The notes: a model not told the origin generated them from the sequence alone. A DNA stretch of 64,000 bases from Octopus vulgaris (GCA_951406725.2 OX597835.1:37138001-37202000), one strand, 5' to 3'. Positions 12,225 to 26,945 are shown, numbered from the stretch's first letter. Made by a program: numbers and translations.

Positions 12225-12470
12225 ATATATACTGTGAAGATAATTAATATTCTATGTCTTGACATTTGTATCAATGAAAACACTATCTAGTTTGTCTTCA
12301 AATGTATGAAGACCGTTATGCACACTTTACAGATCTATCTGTGTAGGTGCTATTTATTCTGCTTGTTTACAAATATCTCTGAAGACATTCTGTGTTTTGT
12401 CAGTTTCCATATGTCTGTGAAAACACTTTTAATTCTCTTTATTTTCACATATTGGTGGAAGTAAAAGAAA
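12225..12470. repeat. Degenerate ~40-bp tandem repeat related to 5285-5590
   Basis: Units of the form TGAAGACA(C/T)T..TTCTG..TGTTTACA. Confidence 0.5.
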
Positions 12471-13065
12471 TTAAAATAAAATCTTAGTCTTGTTAATATA
12501 TTTAAGTCTATGAGGTTAGGTGAGTAATTTTCAAGCTGTTTACATCAGACATCATTTACAATACACACATACACAGACACACACATTCACGCATCTATAT
12601 TTGTATGTGTGTATATTATATATATGTATATATGAATGGATATTTGTATGTTTGTATGTGTATTGTAGGCGTCATAAATCTTATAGAATATAATTGTTTC
12701 AGTTTAAACAATAGATCTTAATGCCATGGCCAGACAAGTACTGCGTTGATATATGTGTGTGTGTGTATTATATATATATATATATGTATATATATTTATA
12801 TATATATGTGTGTGTGCTTGTGTAAGATGTATACGAAATATATAGGTATATATAAACAAACATTCATATACATGTATATATATATATATGTGTGTGGGAG
12901 TATATATCTATATGTATATTTATGTGTGTACATTATACATATATATACATACATATATTTATACATATTATCACACACTGAGACTCACACCATATATATA
13001 TATATATATATACATATATGAATATATATGTATATATAAATATATATCTATATATAAGTAGATAG

Positions 13066-13117
<52 letters not shown>

Positions 13118-13177
13118 AGATATGATAAATATATATGTATATAAGCGTATATGTGTATATGTGTATATATGTACGCG

Positions 13178-14100
<923 letters not shown>

Positions 14101-14558
14101 CACATACACATACATACGCAAACACATGCACACACTTATACATGCTATTATGAAATGTGTACGTGTGTGTATGAGTTGGTGTTTCCTTTGTCTTTATATT
14201 GCATGATTGTTGCAAAAAAATGTTGCCATCATAGAAGTGATTTCCTTTGTTTCAAAACTTCCAGTTATGAAGAAATATTATCTTATTTAGAAACTGATGA
14301 ATATTTCTGACAAGAAGGGCACCTACCCATTGAACATCTATCTCAGCAAATCCCAGTCACCCCATGAAATCATGAGACGATTGACATTAAAATGGTGATG
14401 GTGATATGATACAGGTACACACAATGGTAGCCTCATCTTGTCAGATGATAGCCATATCACATTCAGCCCGATTGTTCTGATTTAACTTTATCCTTACCTG
14501 TGCACAGACATGGGTTTTCATGCCACACATCCGTTACCATAGGACTTTATAAAATTAA

Positions 14559-15350
14559 AACCAAATAAACATAGAGGTTAAAATCTTGTCCACACATAGA
14601 ACAGATGCAACAATCAGACAAATTACAGAAGCTACACAAATAATAGAAGATAAACCTAGCCTGAATAGGAAACTGGAATGGAACACTAGCACACACCACA
14701 ACATATGACAGAAGAGGATCCCCATAAACTGGTTACAATATAAACAAAACCAAAAACATAAATAAAATACACAGATGAATAAACAAATAGAAATAAATAA
14801 CTATATAGGTTTTTTTTTAGATTTAAAAGATTTAAATTTTTTTTTAAATGTTTTATTATCATTATTGTTATTATTAGTATTGTTGTTATACATACATACA
14901 AGCATACGTAATAATAATAATAATAATAATAATGATAACAATAGTAATAAGTGGATGTAAACATGAACAAAATAAAAAAAAAATAATAAACAAAAACAAA
15001 TTACATGGACGTATATAAACAGAAGATACAAATATTACAGGCATTCCCCCACACACACACTAACTAAACATAGAGATATACGCATGTGCAAATGAAGACA
15101 CATACAATAGAAATACAAAATGGCTGACGGTTAGTAAGGAGAGACACACAAATAAGAAAGAAGAAAGCAAAGGACCACTGATGCGGTCACAGGAGTGTGA
15201 CGAAAGAACTCTGGCCGAAATAAAATTAAGAATAATGTAAAAAATAAATAACACTGAAGCAACGTAACACCAAATATATAGTGCGTGTGTTTTTATTGGC
15301 TAAACTGGCAAAATGACCATTCCGAAATACAACAAAAAAAATTTAATGAT
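14559..15350 (+). mobile_element. Penelope-like element 3' fragment (GIY-YIG C-terminus 14559-14708 plus UTR with hammerhead)
   Basis: IEVKILSTHRTDATIRQITEATQIIEDKPSLNRKLEWN resembles the PLE endonuclease end (R..EA..I....LN..EW); HHR motif at 15172-15216. Confidence 0.7.
15172..15216 (+). ncRNA. Hammerhead motif (A9 mutated)
   Basis: CCA-CTGATGC-G-GTCAC-AGGAGT-GTGAC-GAAAG-AA-CTC-TGG. Confidence 0.55.
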
Positions 15351-15376
15351 TGTGAGACATCTGTATATGATTGGAT

Positions 15377-16008
15377 TTAACCTTTTTGATACCAACCCGG
15401 CTGAAACCACCTCTGGCTCTATAGTACAAATGTCTTGTTTTTATAAGTTTTGAATTAAAATCTTCCACTGAACCTTAGTCACAATTTATATTCCTAACCC
15501 TAGCTTAATGATAACTAAGTTATTTTAATAAATTCTTTGTTATATTTAAAATTATTTGAAAGAAACACAGCAGGAGTGGCTGTGTGGTAAGTAGCTTGTT
15601 TACCAACCACATGGTTTCAGGTTCAGTCCCACTGCATGGCACCTTGGGCAAATGTCTTCTACTATAGCCTCGGGCTGACCAAAGCCTTATGAGTGGATTT
15701 GGTAGACGGAAACTGAAAGAAGCCCGTCGTATATATGTATATATATATATGTGTGAGCGCGTGTATGTTTGTGTGTCTGTGTTTGTCCCCCTAGCATTGC
15801 TTGACAACTGATGCTGGTGTGTTTATGTCCCCGTCACTTGGCGGTTCGGCAAAAGAGACCGATAGAATAAGTACTGGGCTTACAAAGAATAAGTCCCGGG
15901 GTCGAGTTGCTCAATTAAAGGCTGTGCTCCAGCATGGCTGCAGTCAAATGACTGAAACAAGTAAAAGAGAAAGAGATCTCAAATTAAATACGGTAACGAA
16001 ATAGTTAA
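15377..16008. mobile_element. piggyBac-type MITE interrupted by SINE A
   Basis: Homologous to 10947-11158; TTAA at both ends. Confidence 0.75.
15570..15975 (+). mobile_element. SINE family A, full length
   Basis: A and B boxes, body and tail as in other copies. Confidence 0.9.
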
Positions 16009-16374
16009 GTGAGAAAAATTTGTGCCACACTTTTGCCACTCTCTCGGTCATCATAGAAGGTTCCATTGACAATCGTAGCAAGATGACTGGTAAGCATTTT
16101 GTTTGCGAGTTTTATGTTAGAGTATCTTTCTCAGCAAAAGCTGCCTTTCCCTTGGATTTGTCAAAAAATAACAGGACCCTCCTCTAACCCTGGGAAATCT
16201 ATTTAACCCATAGACCCATAGACAGGACCCTAACAGGTACTACTGTTCTGGGTCAGACTGGACCTTAGAGTATTGGTACTTAGTGGGTGACTCCAGGCTC
16301 CACAGAGCTGCAGAACTTCAGCCTCAGCACTGGGTGCAATTTAATGCTATACCCGGGACATCCATCATCCAGCC

Positions 16375-17500
16375 GTTCAACGTTACAATAACGCATTCAT
16401 GGTGACCTCCTTTGGCACCAATATTGTAAGTGAAAGGGGCTTTATGTTTACATGCGAAATTCATGGCCACATTCATCATACAACAGGAAGTCTATTGTCA
16501 TCAGAAACTGAGGATTCCCAATATTTGTAAGTATATTTCTTCGGAGGACAAGGAAATCAAACACAAATCAGATGCAGCCTTAAACAAGGCATTAGACGGC
16601 ATATAATCATAAGTCTACAAGAAATGTTCCATGCTAACAATGCATAAATAAAAAGGTTTTAAGCCTTTAGCATTTAAACCAGCCATATCCGGCCAAAAAT
16701 ATTCTACCTGTTTTATGTTCAAACTAGCCCTATCTGGTCTCTCACACCAACCCTACAATATCATTTTAAAAATTAACAGCTACCTCATCAAAATCTCATA
16801 GCTACAAGATAACACATGAATCATTCAAAACAATGTGGATAAAAAAGCATTAATTTTGGCAGAATAATGTGAACACTAAAGGATTAAAGCAGCTATTGAG
16901 AAAGCTCTGGCATCAGAATTTTGGGTAGTTATTAATGCAGATAAAAATCCTTCACATGAACATGCTAGGCATTTCAATGTTTCTCAATGCAATGAAGTCG
17001 CAATTATTATGACAGACAAAAAATTTGTCAAAAGAGACACAATAGTTCATTCAAGAGATTCTACATTGAAACCTATGTGTGAAACTCACTGATCTTATGA
17101 CAGCCTTCAGTATCCCCTATTATTTGTATATAGAGAAGATGGCTATCATTTTGGCATCCCTCAATTTGGAAATAATCCCAGAAATCATGTTTCATGTATG
17201 GACTTTTATGCTTACCATTTCATGATCAGAGATAATTCCTTCAACCTTCTTCAAAGAAGTCAATATCTCTTCCATCAGTTGATAGGTTTACAAAAGTTGA
17301 AACAGAAAGGCTTCTATACATTAAAACTCATCAAAAGCAGCTTCATATATCCATCTTGGAGATCATAAAAATAACGATGGGCATGGAAAAGACATAGGTC
17401 AGATTTGCATTTTACCTTAAGTTTCACAGATAGTCCATGATATATGCATGAGAGGACCCAAGATGCGATGAACTATGTTTGTAATTATGGAAAACCTGAT
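16375..17500 (+). mobile_element. Decayed Helitron Rep/helicase N-terminal coding fragment
   Basis: RYNNAFMVTSFG..IHHTTGSLL; EHARHFN...NEVAII; SYDSLQYPLLF..EDGYH; FYAYHFMIR; KVETERLLYIK; QDAMNYV..YGKPD. Confidence 0.9.
16659..16887. mobile_element. piggyBac-type MITE (second family) inserted in the Helitron ORF
   Basis: TTAA at both ends; removing it restores the frame (..RFKAA..); related pieces near 36142 and 36400-36505. Confidence 0.75.
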
Positions 17501-17507
17501 GCGTATA

Positions 17508-18240
17508 TATCAGGTTGAGTAAAAACAAGAACCATTTTGAACCATGAAGAATCTGTACTGGATTTTTGCTGTTTTGAATTTCTTTAAACATTCTTTTGTA
17601 ATTGTCTAATAATACAAACATATTCTGTTGTGTCTGGGGAGAGTCATTTTCTTTTTGTGCCTTATTATGTAACACAGTCACCAGTAAAATTTCCACTTAT
17701 CTCTTATTTCTATTTTCCCAAAATTTTCGTTATGTCTTGCAACCTTTTCAATAGTTTTGACTACTGAGAGTCAAAACTATTGAAAAGGTTGCAAGACGCA
17801 ACGAAAATTTTAGGACAATAAAAATAAGAAAAACGTGGAAATTTTACCGGTGAGTGTGTTACATAATAAGGCACAAAAAGAAAATGACTCTCCCCAGACA
17901 CAACAGAATATGCCTCAACACACGAACTCATATAAAGATTCTTGCAAACCAAATCAAAAAATGAAATACAAACATACTACTTGCCCATCTGCATCAATAA
18001 ATTAACATTGATATTTTTTTAACCGTTTTTACAATCATCTAAAAGGGAACTAACAAAGAGTGGCATTCGAGCAATTTTGCTGTTCAACTTCAAAAAAGAG
18101 CATAAAGCAGCTGAAACTGCTTGCAATATCAACGAAACAGTTGATGAGGGAATGACCAGAGAGTGGTCAGGTTGAAAATGGCTTAAACAATTTCAGAGTG
18201 AAGACCTGAGCCTTGAAGATCGTGAATGTAGTGGATGCAA
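17508..18240 (+). mobile_element. Mariner 5' fragment (Hsmar1/cecropia-like N-terminus)
   Basis: IRAILLFNFKKEHKAAETACNINE...W.KQFQSEDLSLEDRECSG; TIR-like TATCAGGTTGAG. Confidence 0.8.
17619..17964. mobile_element. Fold-back retroposed element (144-bp arms, 6-nt loop) with 12-bp TSD
   Basis: Arms 17619-17762 and 17769-17912; AATACAAACATA at 17611-17622 and 17965-17976; related copy around 31570-32165. Confidence 0.75.
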
Positions 18241-18683
18241 TTATCAAAGCAGAGGCCATAATCAGAAATGAAATGAAGATGCAGCTACGCAGTACAATTG
18301 TTCTGCATAGCAATTAAACATGAGGTTTTCAGTGCGAATGCATTCACAGGGTATAAGCAGGACATATTGCAACAACGAAGGTGTCGGGATATCCTGCATA
18401 TCCTTCTTACCTGCAATTACACATAAGGTAAGTGTTCTCAGAAGCAAAATTTAAGCTCTTGTCAAACACTTAATACCAGTGACATTAAAAAGTGAAGAAT
18501 TAAAGGAGGAAAAGCAGCCCCTACAAGGATCCCAGATGCTGGATGTTCCAGGAAGGCTTCACATGTACAAAGATCAATTAGACAGAAGCGGAAAAAACTG
18601 AGAAGAGTGAAATGATGCACCTAAGGAAGCTTTCTCTGTTTTACTTGCCTCACAATGCAAGATACTCTAAATAAGCATGTGCC

Positions 18684-18764
<81 letters not shown>

Positions 18765-18790
18765 GTGTATATATATATATATATATATAC

Positions 18791-18851
<61 letters not shown>

Positions 18852-18874
18852 CATACATATATAGTATATGTATG

Positions 18875-18948
<74 letters not shown>

Positions 18949-18996
18949 GAACCCATGCTAGCATGGAAAGCAGACGTTAAATGATGATATTATATG

Positions 18997-19042
<46 letters not shown>

Positions 19043-19124
19043 TATATGTATATATATATATAACCCATGCTAGCATGGAGAACGGACGTTAAATGATGAA
19101 TGAACGATATATATATATACATTC

Positions 19125-19325
19125 AATCTTTTTTCCAAGAAATCTATTGCTTGTAGCTTAGTTTTTCCTCGGGGCTGGCCAGATCGGAGCAATCAAGATT
19201 AATCAGCTGGAATTGCGAGGATGATCCGGTTCTTGACTGAAGATTAGAGGCTTTGAATGACCCGTCCATTTTTTGTGTCGTCTATTTGAATGTTTTGCGT
19301 TCTTGTCCCATTTTGTATTTTTATA
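19125..19325 (+). mobile_element. TA-associated PLE pLTR-like repeat
   Basis: Homologous to 4770-4880 and 62235-62545. Confidence 0.55.
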
Positions 19326-19569
19326 TATATTTTTTATACATATATATATGTATGTATATATATTATTCATACCTGCATCCAAAGTTCTACATATGTGAAT
19401 AAATTCTAAACAATAACATAACCCCAAATTTCACTCCATTCAAGCCCACATACCCAAGGAAGATTTTAATGCAAGAGAGACTATATAAAACGAAGGTAAA
19501 CTTCAATGAATTATAAAGGGTGATAGAGGTGTGTAAGGGTGACAGGTGCTGTGTATCATGGAACTATGC

Positions 19570-19625
<56 letters not shown>

Positions 19626-19634
19626 TAGATAGAT

Positions 19635-19782
19635 ATATTTCTTTATTACCCACAAGGGGCTAAACACAGAGGGGACAAACAAGGACAGACAAACGGATTA
19701 AGTTGATTATATCGACCCCAGTGCGTAACTGGTACTTAATCTATCGACCCCGAAAGGATGAAAGGCAAAGTCGACCTCGGCT
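19635..19782 (-). mobile_element. SINE family C, 3' part
   Basis: Reverse complement of GTCGACTTTGCCTTTCATCCTTTCGGGGTCGATA...AATAAAGAAATA. Confidence 0.8.
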
Positions 19783-19791
19783 AAAAGATAG

Positions 19792-19825
<34 letters not shown>

Positions 19826-20209
19826 ATAAGAGGGTGTTGTAGTGGTAAAGAATCTTTGCAGGAAGGGATATTGAAAGAATATCAGGGGTTTGGGGCAGCA
19901 GTGGGGGAGGGAAGGTAGGGTGAGTGGTGGTGAGAAGCAGTTGGTTTGTAGAAATTCTACATGTTGTGTCGTTTCTGCAAATATATTTCCTGGATGGCAG
20001 AATCAGTGGAGCATCCAAAGAGAGAAATCCTTCAAGAATTTGTGCACATATCTTTACAAATATGTCTTGAGTTTGAATTCTAGCAGTTATTTATCTCACC
20101 ACTAATTTATATATTCAGTCTTCTACTTATTTATCTGTCTGTCGATCTATTTATCTGTCTATCTATCTGTCAGTCTGTCTGTCTGTCTATCTATCAATCT
20201 ATCAAACTG

Positions 20210-20280
<71 letters not shown>

Positions 20281-20314
20281 GTCTATCTATCAGTCTGTCT
20301 CTCTGTCTGTCTCT

Positions 20315-20367
<53 letters not shown>

Positions 20368-20493
20368 TTCACTCTCTGTCTATCTGTCAATCCATTCCTC
20401 CATCTCTCACTCTCTCTCTCTATCTGTCTATCTTTCTATGTACCTATCTGTCTTTCCCTTCCCTCACTCTTTCTTCTCTTCGTTAATCTTCTC

Positions 20494-20531
<38 letters not shown>

Positions 20532-20740
20532 ATCATAAATCTTAAATATTTGTATCACGTTTATAAAAAATATCATTGGTCCCAAATATACAATCTGATG
20601 TAACCATCCATCAATCCATCCTTCCATTCCTACATACCACCACCACCACCACCACCACCACCACCACCACCACCACCACCACCACCACCACCATCATTGT
20701 TTTAACATCACCATACATATATATATATACATACATATGT

Positions 20741-20772
<32 letters not shown>

Positions 20773-21186
20773 GTACATACATGTATATATATTACATACT
20801 CTGAAACACATACATACATATACATACATATGTATATTAATACAAAGTGTACACATACACTACACCTATGTATACATTAATACAAACATACAGAAATACA
20901 TACAAATATATATATACATATACATACATGTATTTATACACACACAAACAAACACACATATACATATCTATATACATACACACATGACTATAGACAACTA
21001 CATGGAAACAAGAACTGCCATTAATTCATCAACGTATAATCACACACTGAGCCATAAACGCATACACACTCAGACACACGCATCACTCAAAGTAAAAAGA
21101 TAAAAAGTGAATTAGCAACAGGACAATTAATTATATTTTCACTAAAACATAATCTGATGTGTATGTGCATATGACGTGTGCATAAA

Positions 21187-21219
<33 letters not shown>

Positions 21220-21264
21220 GTATATATATATATATATTCAATGTGTGTATGTGAGTGTGTATGT

Positions 21265-21310
<46 letters not shown>

Positions 21311-21364
21311 CTGTTTATATGTATATATATGCATATATCTCTGTAAATACAAATCTATTTATGT

Positions 21365-21723
21365 GTCGAAATCGAAATCGATCAAAATCAATGGAAATTG
21401 TAGTTGTGTACCAGTGCCGGTGGCACGTAAGAGAATCACCACAAAGTGGCTGTTGCTAGCTTCTGTGCTGGTGGCACGTAAAAAGCACCAACCAATCGTG
21501 GCCGCTGCCAGCCTCCCCTGGCACCTGTGCTGGTGGCACATAAAAAACACCCACTACACTCACGGAGTGGTTGGCGTTAGGAAGGGCATCCAGCTGTAGA
21601 AATTGTACCAGATCAAGATTGAAGCCTGGTGCAGCCTCCTGGCTTCCCAGACCCCAGTTGAACCATCCAAACCCATGCTAGCATGGAAAGCGGACATTAA
21701 ACGATGATTATGATGATGATGAT
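21365..21723 (+). mobile_element. Family D copy
   Basis: Same body and (GAT)n tail; flanked by duplicated ATGCATATATCTCTGTAAAT sequence. Confidence 0.8.
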
Positions 21724-21756
21724 ATATATATAAATGCATATATCTCTGTAAATGCA

Positions 21757-21899
<143 letters not shown>

Positions 21900-21976
21900 G
21901 TTTATATATATAAAAAATTTTGCAGAATGAGATAAAAAACCAAGGCTGTGAAGATTTCAGAACATTTATTATTAGA

Positions 21977-22026
21977 AAGTCTTACAGCTGTTTCCAGGAT
22001 ATTTTTTATATCCTTCATTGGAGACA
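21977..22026 (-). ncRNA. Degenerate hammerhead in a PLE-like remnant
   Basis: Minus strand GTCT-CCAATGA-A-GGATA..TATCC-TG-GAAACAGCTGTA-AGAC. Confidence 0.45.
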
Positions 22027-22226
22027 GTGTGAGAAAATGGTTAAGCAATAGTTATTCTAGATAAGATATGAAATAGAGAGTGAAATGGAGGAATGAAAAT
22101 AGACGTGAGATATGCAGGGATATTGTATCTTCAGTTCCATTATTTAGGGAGAATGGTATACATATAAGATACCTATACCTTGTGATTAAGTTCCAATAGT
22201 ATTTATATTTATAGTATCTATATTCA

Positions 22227-22264
<38 letters not shown>

Positions 22265-23316
22265 CATGCACACACACACTCTCACACACACACAGATATG
22301 TATATATGTGTATGTGTTTATATATATATGTACATACACACACACACACAATGTTTTAACATTTGCTTTTCTATGCTTGAATGGGTCAGATGAAATTTGT
22401 TGAGTCTGATTTTCTGCTGCCAGATGCCCTTCCTGTCACCAACCTTCATCTGTTTCCAAGCAAGTTAATATTTCCCCATGACCAAACAAGTTTCCATTAA
22501 AGTCTTGAAACAAAGGGCACCACCTGCATAATAGTGACACAATCAGTTTTGCATCCTACTTGTACAGGGTTGCTTCTTGGGGGAGATTTTTGGAGATCAA
22601 GGGGTAAAATTCCTCAAAGCCAAACTGGATGAATTTGCATATGGGTTTATCATTAATTTTCTGAAACCATTCAATGGTTGCTCCACTACATTTCCACTGG
22701 GTGAGGTTCGGGGTGGCTCAGGATATGTCGCATGATGTTATCTATTATAGATTTACTGATTATGCCTATTTCGATTTTTATCAGATTTATTAATCTACAG
22801 CTAAGGTTTTTTAAAAAGCACACATACACACACACTCAACCATACAATACATGTGCACACACATATGCATTCACATTCACGCAAACATAATTAAGATAAA
22901 TGTATTTTCTTAGGATTTATGAAAAACCATAAATATATATGTCAGCACAAGGTTCCTCTTTCATATATATCATGTGTGTATATGTGTGTGATCGTATATG
23001 TACCTATGTGCATATGATACGCATTTATAATCCACACACGGTTATGAGCTTGCTGAAACATTAAAGGAAAATGTGAGTGTAGTGTGTGTGTGTGCATGAT
23101 TGCGTAATGCACACATATATACCTATGTATGTATGTATATATATATTTATATATATTCAAATAAATATATATACTAACATACATATATACATACGCATAT
23201 ATTAATATAAATATAGATATAACATAAACATTATATATACACATGGTATATATATATACATAATATATACATATACATGATATATATACACACAATATAT
23301 ATGTATATATATATAT

Positions 23317-23365
<49 letters not shown>

Positions 23366-23707
23366 TATCTATATATATATATATATATTTATATACATAT
23401 ATTATATCTATATGTACATATATATGTAAATACATATATATATTTATATACATATTATGTATATATATGTATAGATATATGCATGTATATATGTGTGTGT
23501 GTGTGTATATATGAATGTTCAATGTATAGGAAAGATCCATGGGAATGATTACTAGGTAGCCAGATGTTGCATAAGTGTCCTAAGAGTCAGTGATCACACT
23601 TGTGTGGGAGTTAATTCCAGGGAGGACCGTGACGTATTTAGGAGAACATACAAAAAATTGAAAATGAGGAGAAACGCTCAAGATGTTATTAAAACATTTA
23701 TATTTTC

Positions 23708-23800
23708 ATATCATCGACATATGTTTCGATGGATGCATTCAAAATAAAGCCAACAGGATGATAATGTGGAGCAATGCATCAATCTTATCAGGGAGGATAT
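23708..23800 (-). ncRNA. Hammerhead motif with extended stem II
   Basis: CTGATAA-GAT.GATGCATT...AATGCATC.ATC-GAAAC-ATAT-GTC. Confidence 0.55.
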
Positions 23801-23884
23801 AAACAACAGTGCTCACTAATTAGACATTTTAACCGATGTAAGAAACTCCAATATATGTGATGTGTGTATATATATATATATATA

Positions 23885-24321
23885 TAATAATAAAATATTA
23901 GGGAATAAATCCAAACTTACAGGGAAAAATCAGATTTAGGATTGAATCCAATTTTATAGTAAAATATTATATTATATTAAATTAGAGATAAAACCACTAT
24001 TAGGCAAATCATACATTGAAAAACTTAAGCCAATACATAAGATTAATTAATTTATATTATTTTAAATATATATCAAAATTATTAAAAAAAGATAATTAGT
24101 ATAACACTACGATCGTTTCATGGCTGTCCAATTCATAAAATTCGAGTTACAGTCATTCTTCAGGTGATTGAAATATTTAACTTGGCGAGGTTTAATCAAT
24201 GAACTTTTTTTTTTTAATAATTTCAATATATATTTAAAATAATATAAATTAATTAATCTTATGTATTGGCTTAAGTTTTTCAATGTATGATTTGCCTAAT
24301 AGTGGTTTTATCTCTAATTTA

Positions 24322-24331
<10 letters not shown>
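23885..24331 (-). mobile_element. PLE-like pLTR with a ~123-bp inverted repeat flanking an intact hammerhead
   Basis: Arms 23968-24090 and 24209-24331; embedded in (TA)n; related end at ~37005-37250. Confidence 0.7.
24105..24166 (-). ncRNA. Type I hammerhead ribozyme, canonical core
   Basis: CAC-CTGAAGA-ATGACTGT...ACAGCCAT-GAAAC-GATC-GTA-GTG. Confidence 0.75.
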
Positions 24332-24378
<47 letters not shown>

Positions 24379-24464
24379 GTGTGTGTGTGTGTGTGTGTAA
24401 GAGTTAAGACCACCATAGCCCTTAGACATTTTTAAAGTATGCTGGCTACTGGTTTAAATTAGTA

Positions 24465-25294
24465 CTAGCATTAAAGACCCGTCGTTGCCGGGTCATAGTG
24501 CTAGTGCATGTATATATATGTATATATATGTGTACATATTACATGTACATCTATATATATACATCTACACATAAAATGCAAAATACAAAGTTATATCTTG
24601 ATATCGCTAGTGATAACAATACTCAAAATATATAACAGACTGGAATTATTAGCTCTTCTTTTTTCTCTACATTGTATACTTTATAGACAATAGTCTTTTC
24701 TTTAATTTAATTTTTTATTATCCGTCTGGACTATTCCATTTCTGCATGCTAATTATATATTTAATTTATTCCCATTCGTGTGAAACTACTTATTCATGTT
24801 CAAATCATTGATGCAATTTTATACCAATTGCTATTTTTACTTTTGTTATGTTACGATTATATTATACTTTAGTTTGATTTTAATTATTACTTACTACATA
24901 TAATTCAATTGTTATTATTATTTTTATTGTTAAAGTGAAAGTATCTGACATAAAAATAGAGAAAGGTTTTTGTTTCACTTTTAACACGTAATACTGAAAT
25001 TGTGGAGAAGATATGATATTGCTATGGGCTCGCTCTAGGCAAGAATTTGAACATATTTTTTTTGGCCATGAAACTACATGGACCCTAAGTAAGGCATGTG
25101 TAAAATTTGAATGAAATTGGTTGTGTAGTTCTCAAGTTTTAGGGAATCGTAGTGGAGAAGATATGATATTGTTGTGGGCTTGCCCTAGGCAAAAAGTTAA
25201 AATTTGAATGAAATTGGTTGTGTAGTTCTCAAGTTTTAGGGAAACACACAGACAGACAGACAGACACACATTCTCAGTTTTATATATATAAAGA
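24465..25294 (-). mobile_element. Non-autonomous Helitron
   Basis: 5' A|TC..ATATAAAACTGAGAATG; 3' hairpin GACCCG/CGGGTC followed by CTAG|T; internal duplications at 25002/25152 and 25102/25199. Confidence 0.75.
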
Positions 25295-25734
25295 TTATTT
25301 AATAATATTAATTTCTATCCCCATTATTTAATTTTATATATATATATTATATTCATGTATATACGTGTACCGACGTACATACAGACACACCTACATATTT
25401 AAACACACATCTACATACATACACATACAGGAACACCTAGAAGCATACATACATATATGGGAAGCGATGTTGTGAAGGAAACATTAGTAATTTGAAAATG
25501 TCATTGAGGAAACAGATGCCATAATATGGAAGGCCGTGATATGGATAAGATACGAAAAAAAGTTCATGCAAGATATTTAATGCACCTCAGCTTACAAGTT
25601 AGAGTTCACACTAATCTTTGGGTTTGTTTCTGAGATATAAATATGAACTTTAGAACAGCAAAAATAAACATTTCTACAAACTGTAATGCATCAACAGAGG
25701 CTCTAACCCACCACAATCAATAATTAAGGCCAAA

Positions 25735-26363
25735 AACACCATCCGAAGACCCGGCAAGACTAGTCAGGCCATAACCCGTGGCCCCTACCTGGGACGTAGT
25801 CAGTCCACCTGTGCATACCTTCCTTCTTGTGACACTTGTGAAGACCTGTTGAGGCAAGTGAAAATCAAAACAAATCAAAATAGATGAACATCAATGGAAT
25901 TTGTATCTTTGTGGTACCAGTGCCGGTGGCACACAAGAAAACCATCCGAACGTGGCCGTAGCCAGTACCGCATCGACTGGCCTCTGTGCTGTGGGCACGT
26001 AACAAACACCATCCGATCGTGGCCGTTCGCCAGCCTCATCTGGCACCTGTGTCGGTGGCACATAAAAACACCATCCGAGCGTGGCCGTCTGCCAGCCTCG
26101 TCTGGCACCTGTGTCGGTGGCACATAAAAAACATCATCCGAGCGTGGCCGTTCGCCAGCCTCGTCTGGCACCTGTGTCGGTGGCACATAAAATCACCCAC
26201 TACACTCTCGGAGTGGTTGGCGTTAGGAAGGGCATCCAGCTGTAGAAACACTGCCAGATCTGACTGGCCTGGTGCAGCCTTCGGGCTCCCCAGACCCCAG
26301 TTGAACCGTCCAACCCATGCTAGCATGGAAAGCGGACGTTAAATGATGATGATGATGATGATG
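25735..26363 (+). mobile_element. Family D, longest copy (RTE-type LINE 3' region)
   Basis: Three near-identical ~61-bp units at 26005-26190; (GAT)n tail. Confidence 0.8.
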
Positions 26364-26487
26364 AAAAAGATGTAACTGTAAGAACATTTTTGTGGCACAA
26401 CCTCCCATACAACATGTACATGGCTATAAACATAGCCAGGTGATTTCTGAAACTTACAGACACCCACTTTCCATGCTCACATCAATC

Positions 26488-26697
26488 TACTCTTTTACTT
26501 GTTTCAGTCATTTGACTGCGGCCATGCTGGAGCACCGCCTTTAATCGAGCAACTCGACCCTGGAACTTATTCTTTTGTAAGCCCAGTACTTATTCTATCG
26601 GTCTCTTTTGCCGAACCGCTAAGTAACGGGGACATGAACACACCAGCATCGGTTGTCAAGCAATGCTAGGGGGACAAACACAGACACACAAACACAC

Positions 26698-26730
<33 letters not shown>

Positions 26731-26895
26731 CGACGGATTTCTTTCAGTTTCCGTCTACCAAATCCACTCACAAGGCTTTGGTCGGCCCGAGGCTATAGTA
26801 GAAGACACTTGCCCAAGGTGCCACACAGTGGGACTGAACCTGGAACCATGTGGTTGGTAAACAAGCTACTTACCACACAACCACTCCTGCACCTC
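26488..26895 (-). mobile_element. SINE family A, full length
   Basis: As other copies. Confidence 0.9.
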
Positions 26896-26945
26896 ATAAG
26901 ATCTTTAATAGAAACATGGTTAAAATTAGCCTCAACAATATATGC

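Noticed and set aside
18350-18433. Candidate 78-nt exon ending AAG|GTAAGT
   Set aside because: An equally good donor exists on the opposite strand and the peptide is unrecognisable; such sites are expected by chance in 64 kb.
19235-19268. Hammerhead in CTGAAGA..GAATGACC (also at ~4830 and ~62415)
   Set aside because: No consistent stem II, and the GAAA/NUH elements are absent in all three copies.
26005-26190. CRISPR-like regularly spaced repeats in family D
   Set aside because: Head-to-tail ~61-bp units without unique spacers, inside a retroposon UTR; eukaryotic context and no cas genes.
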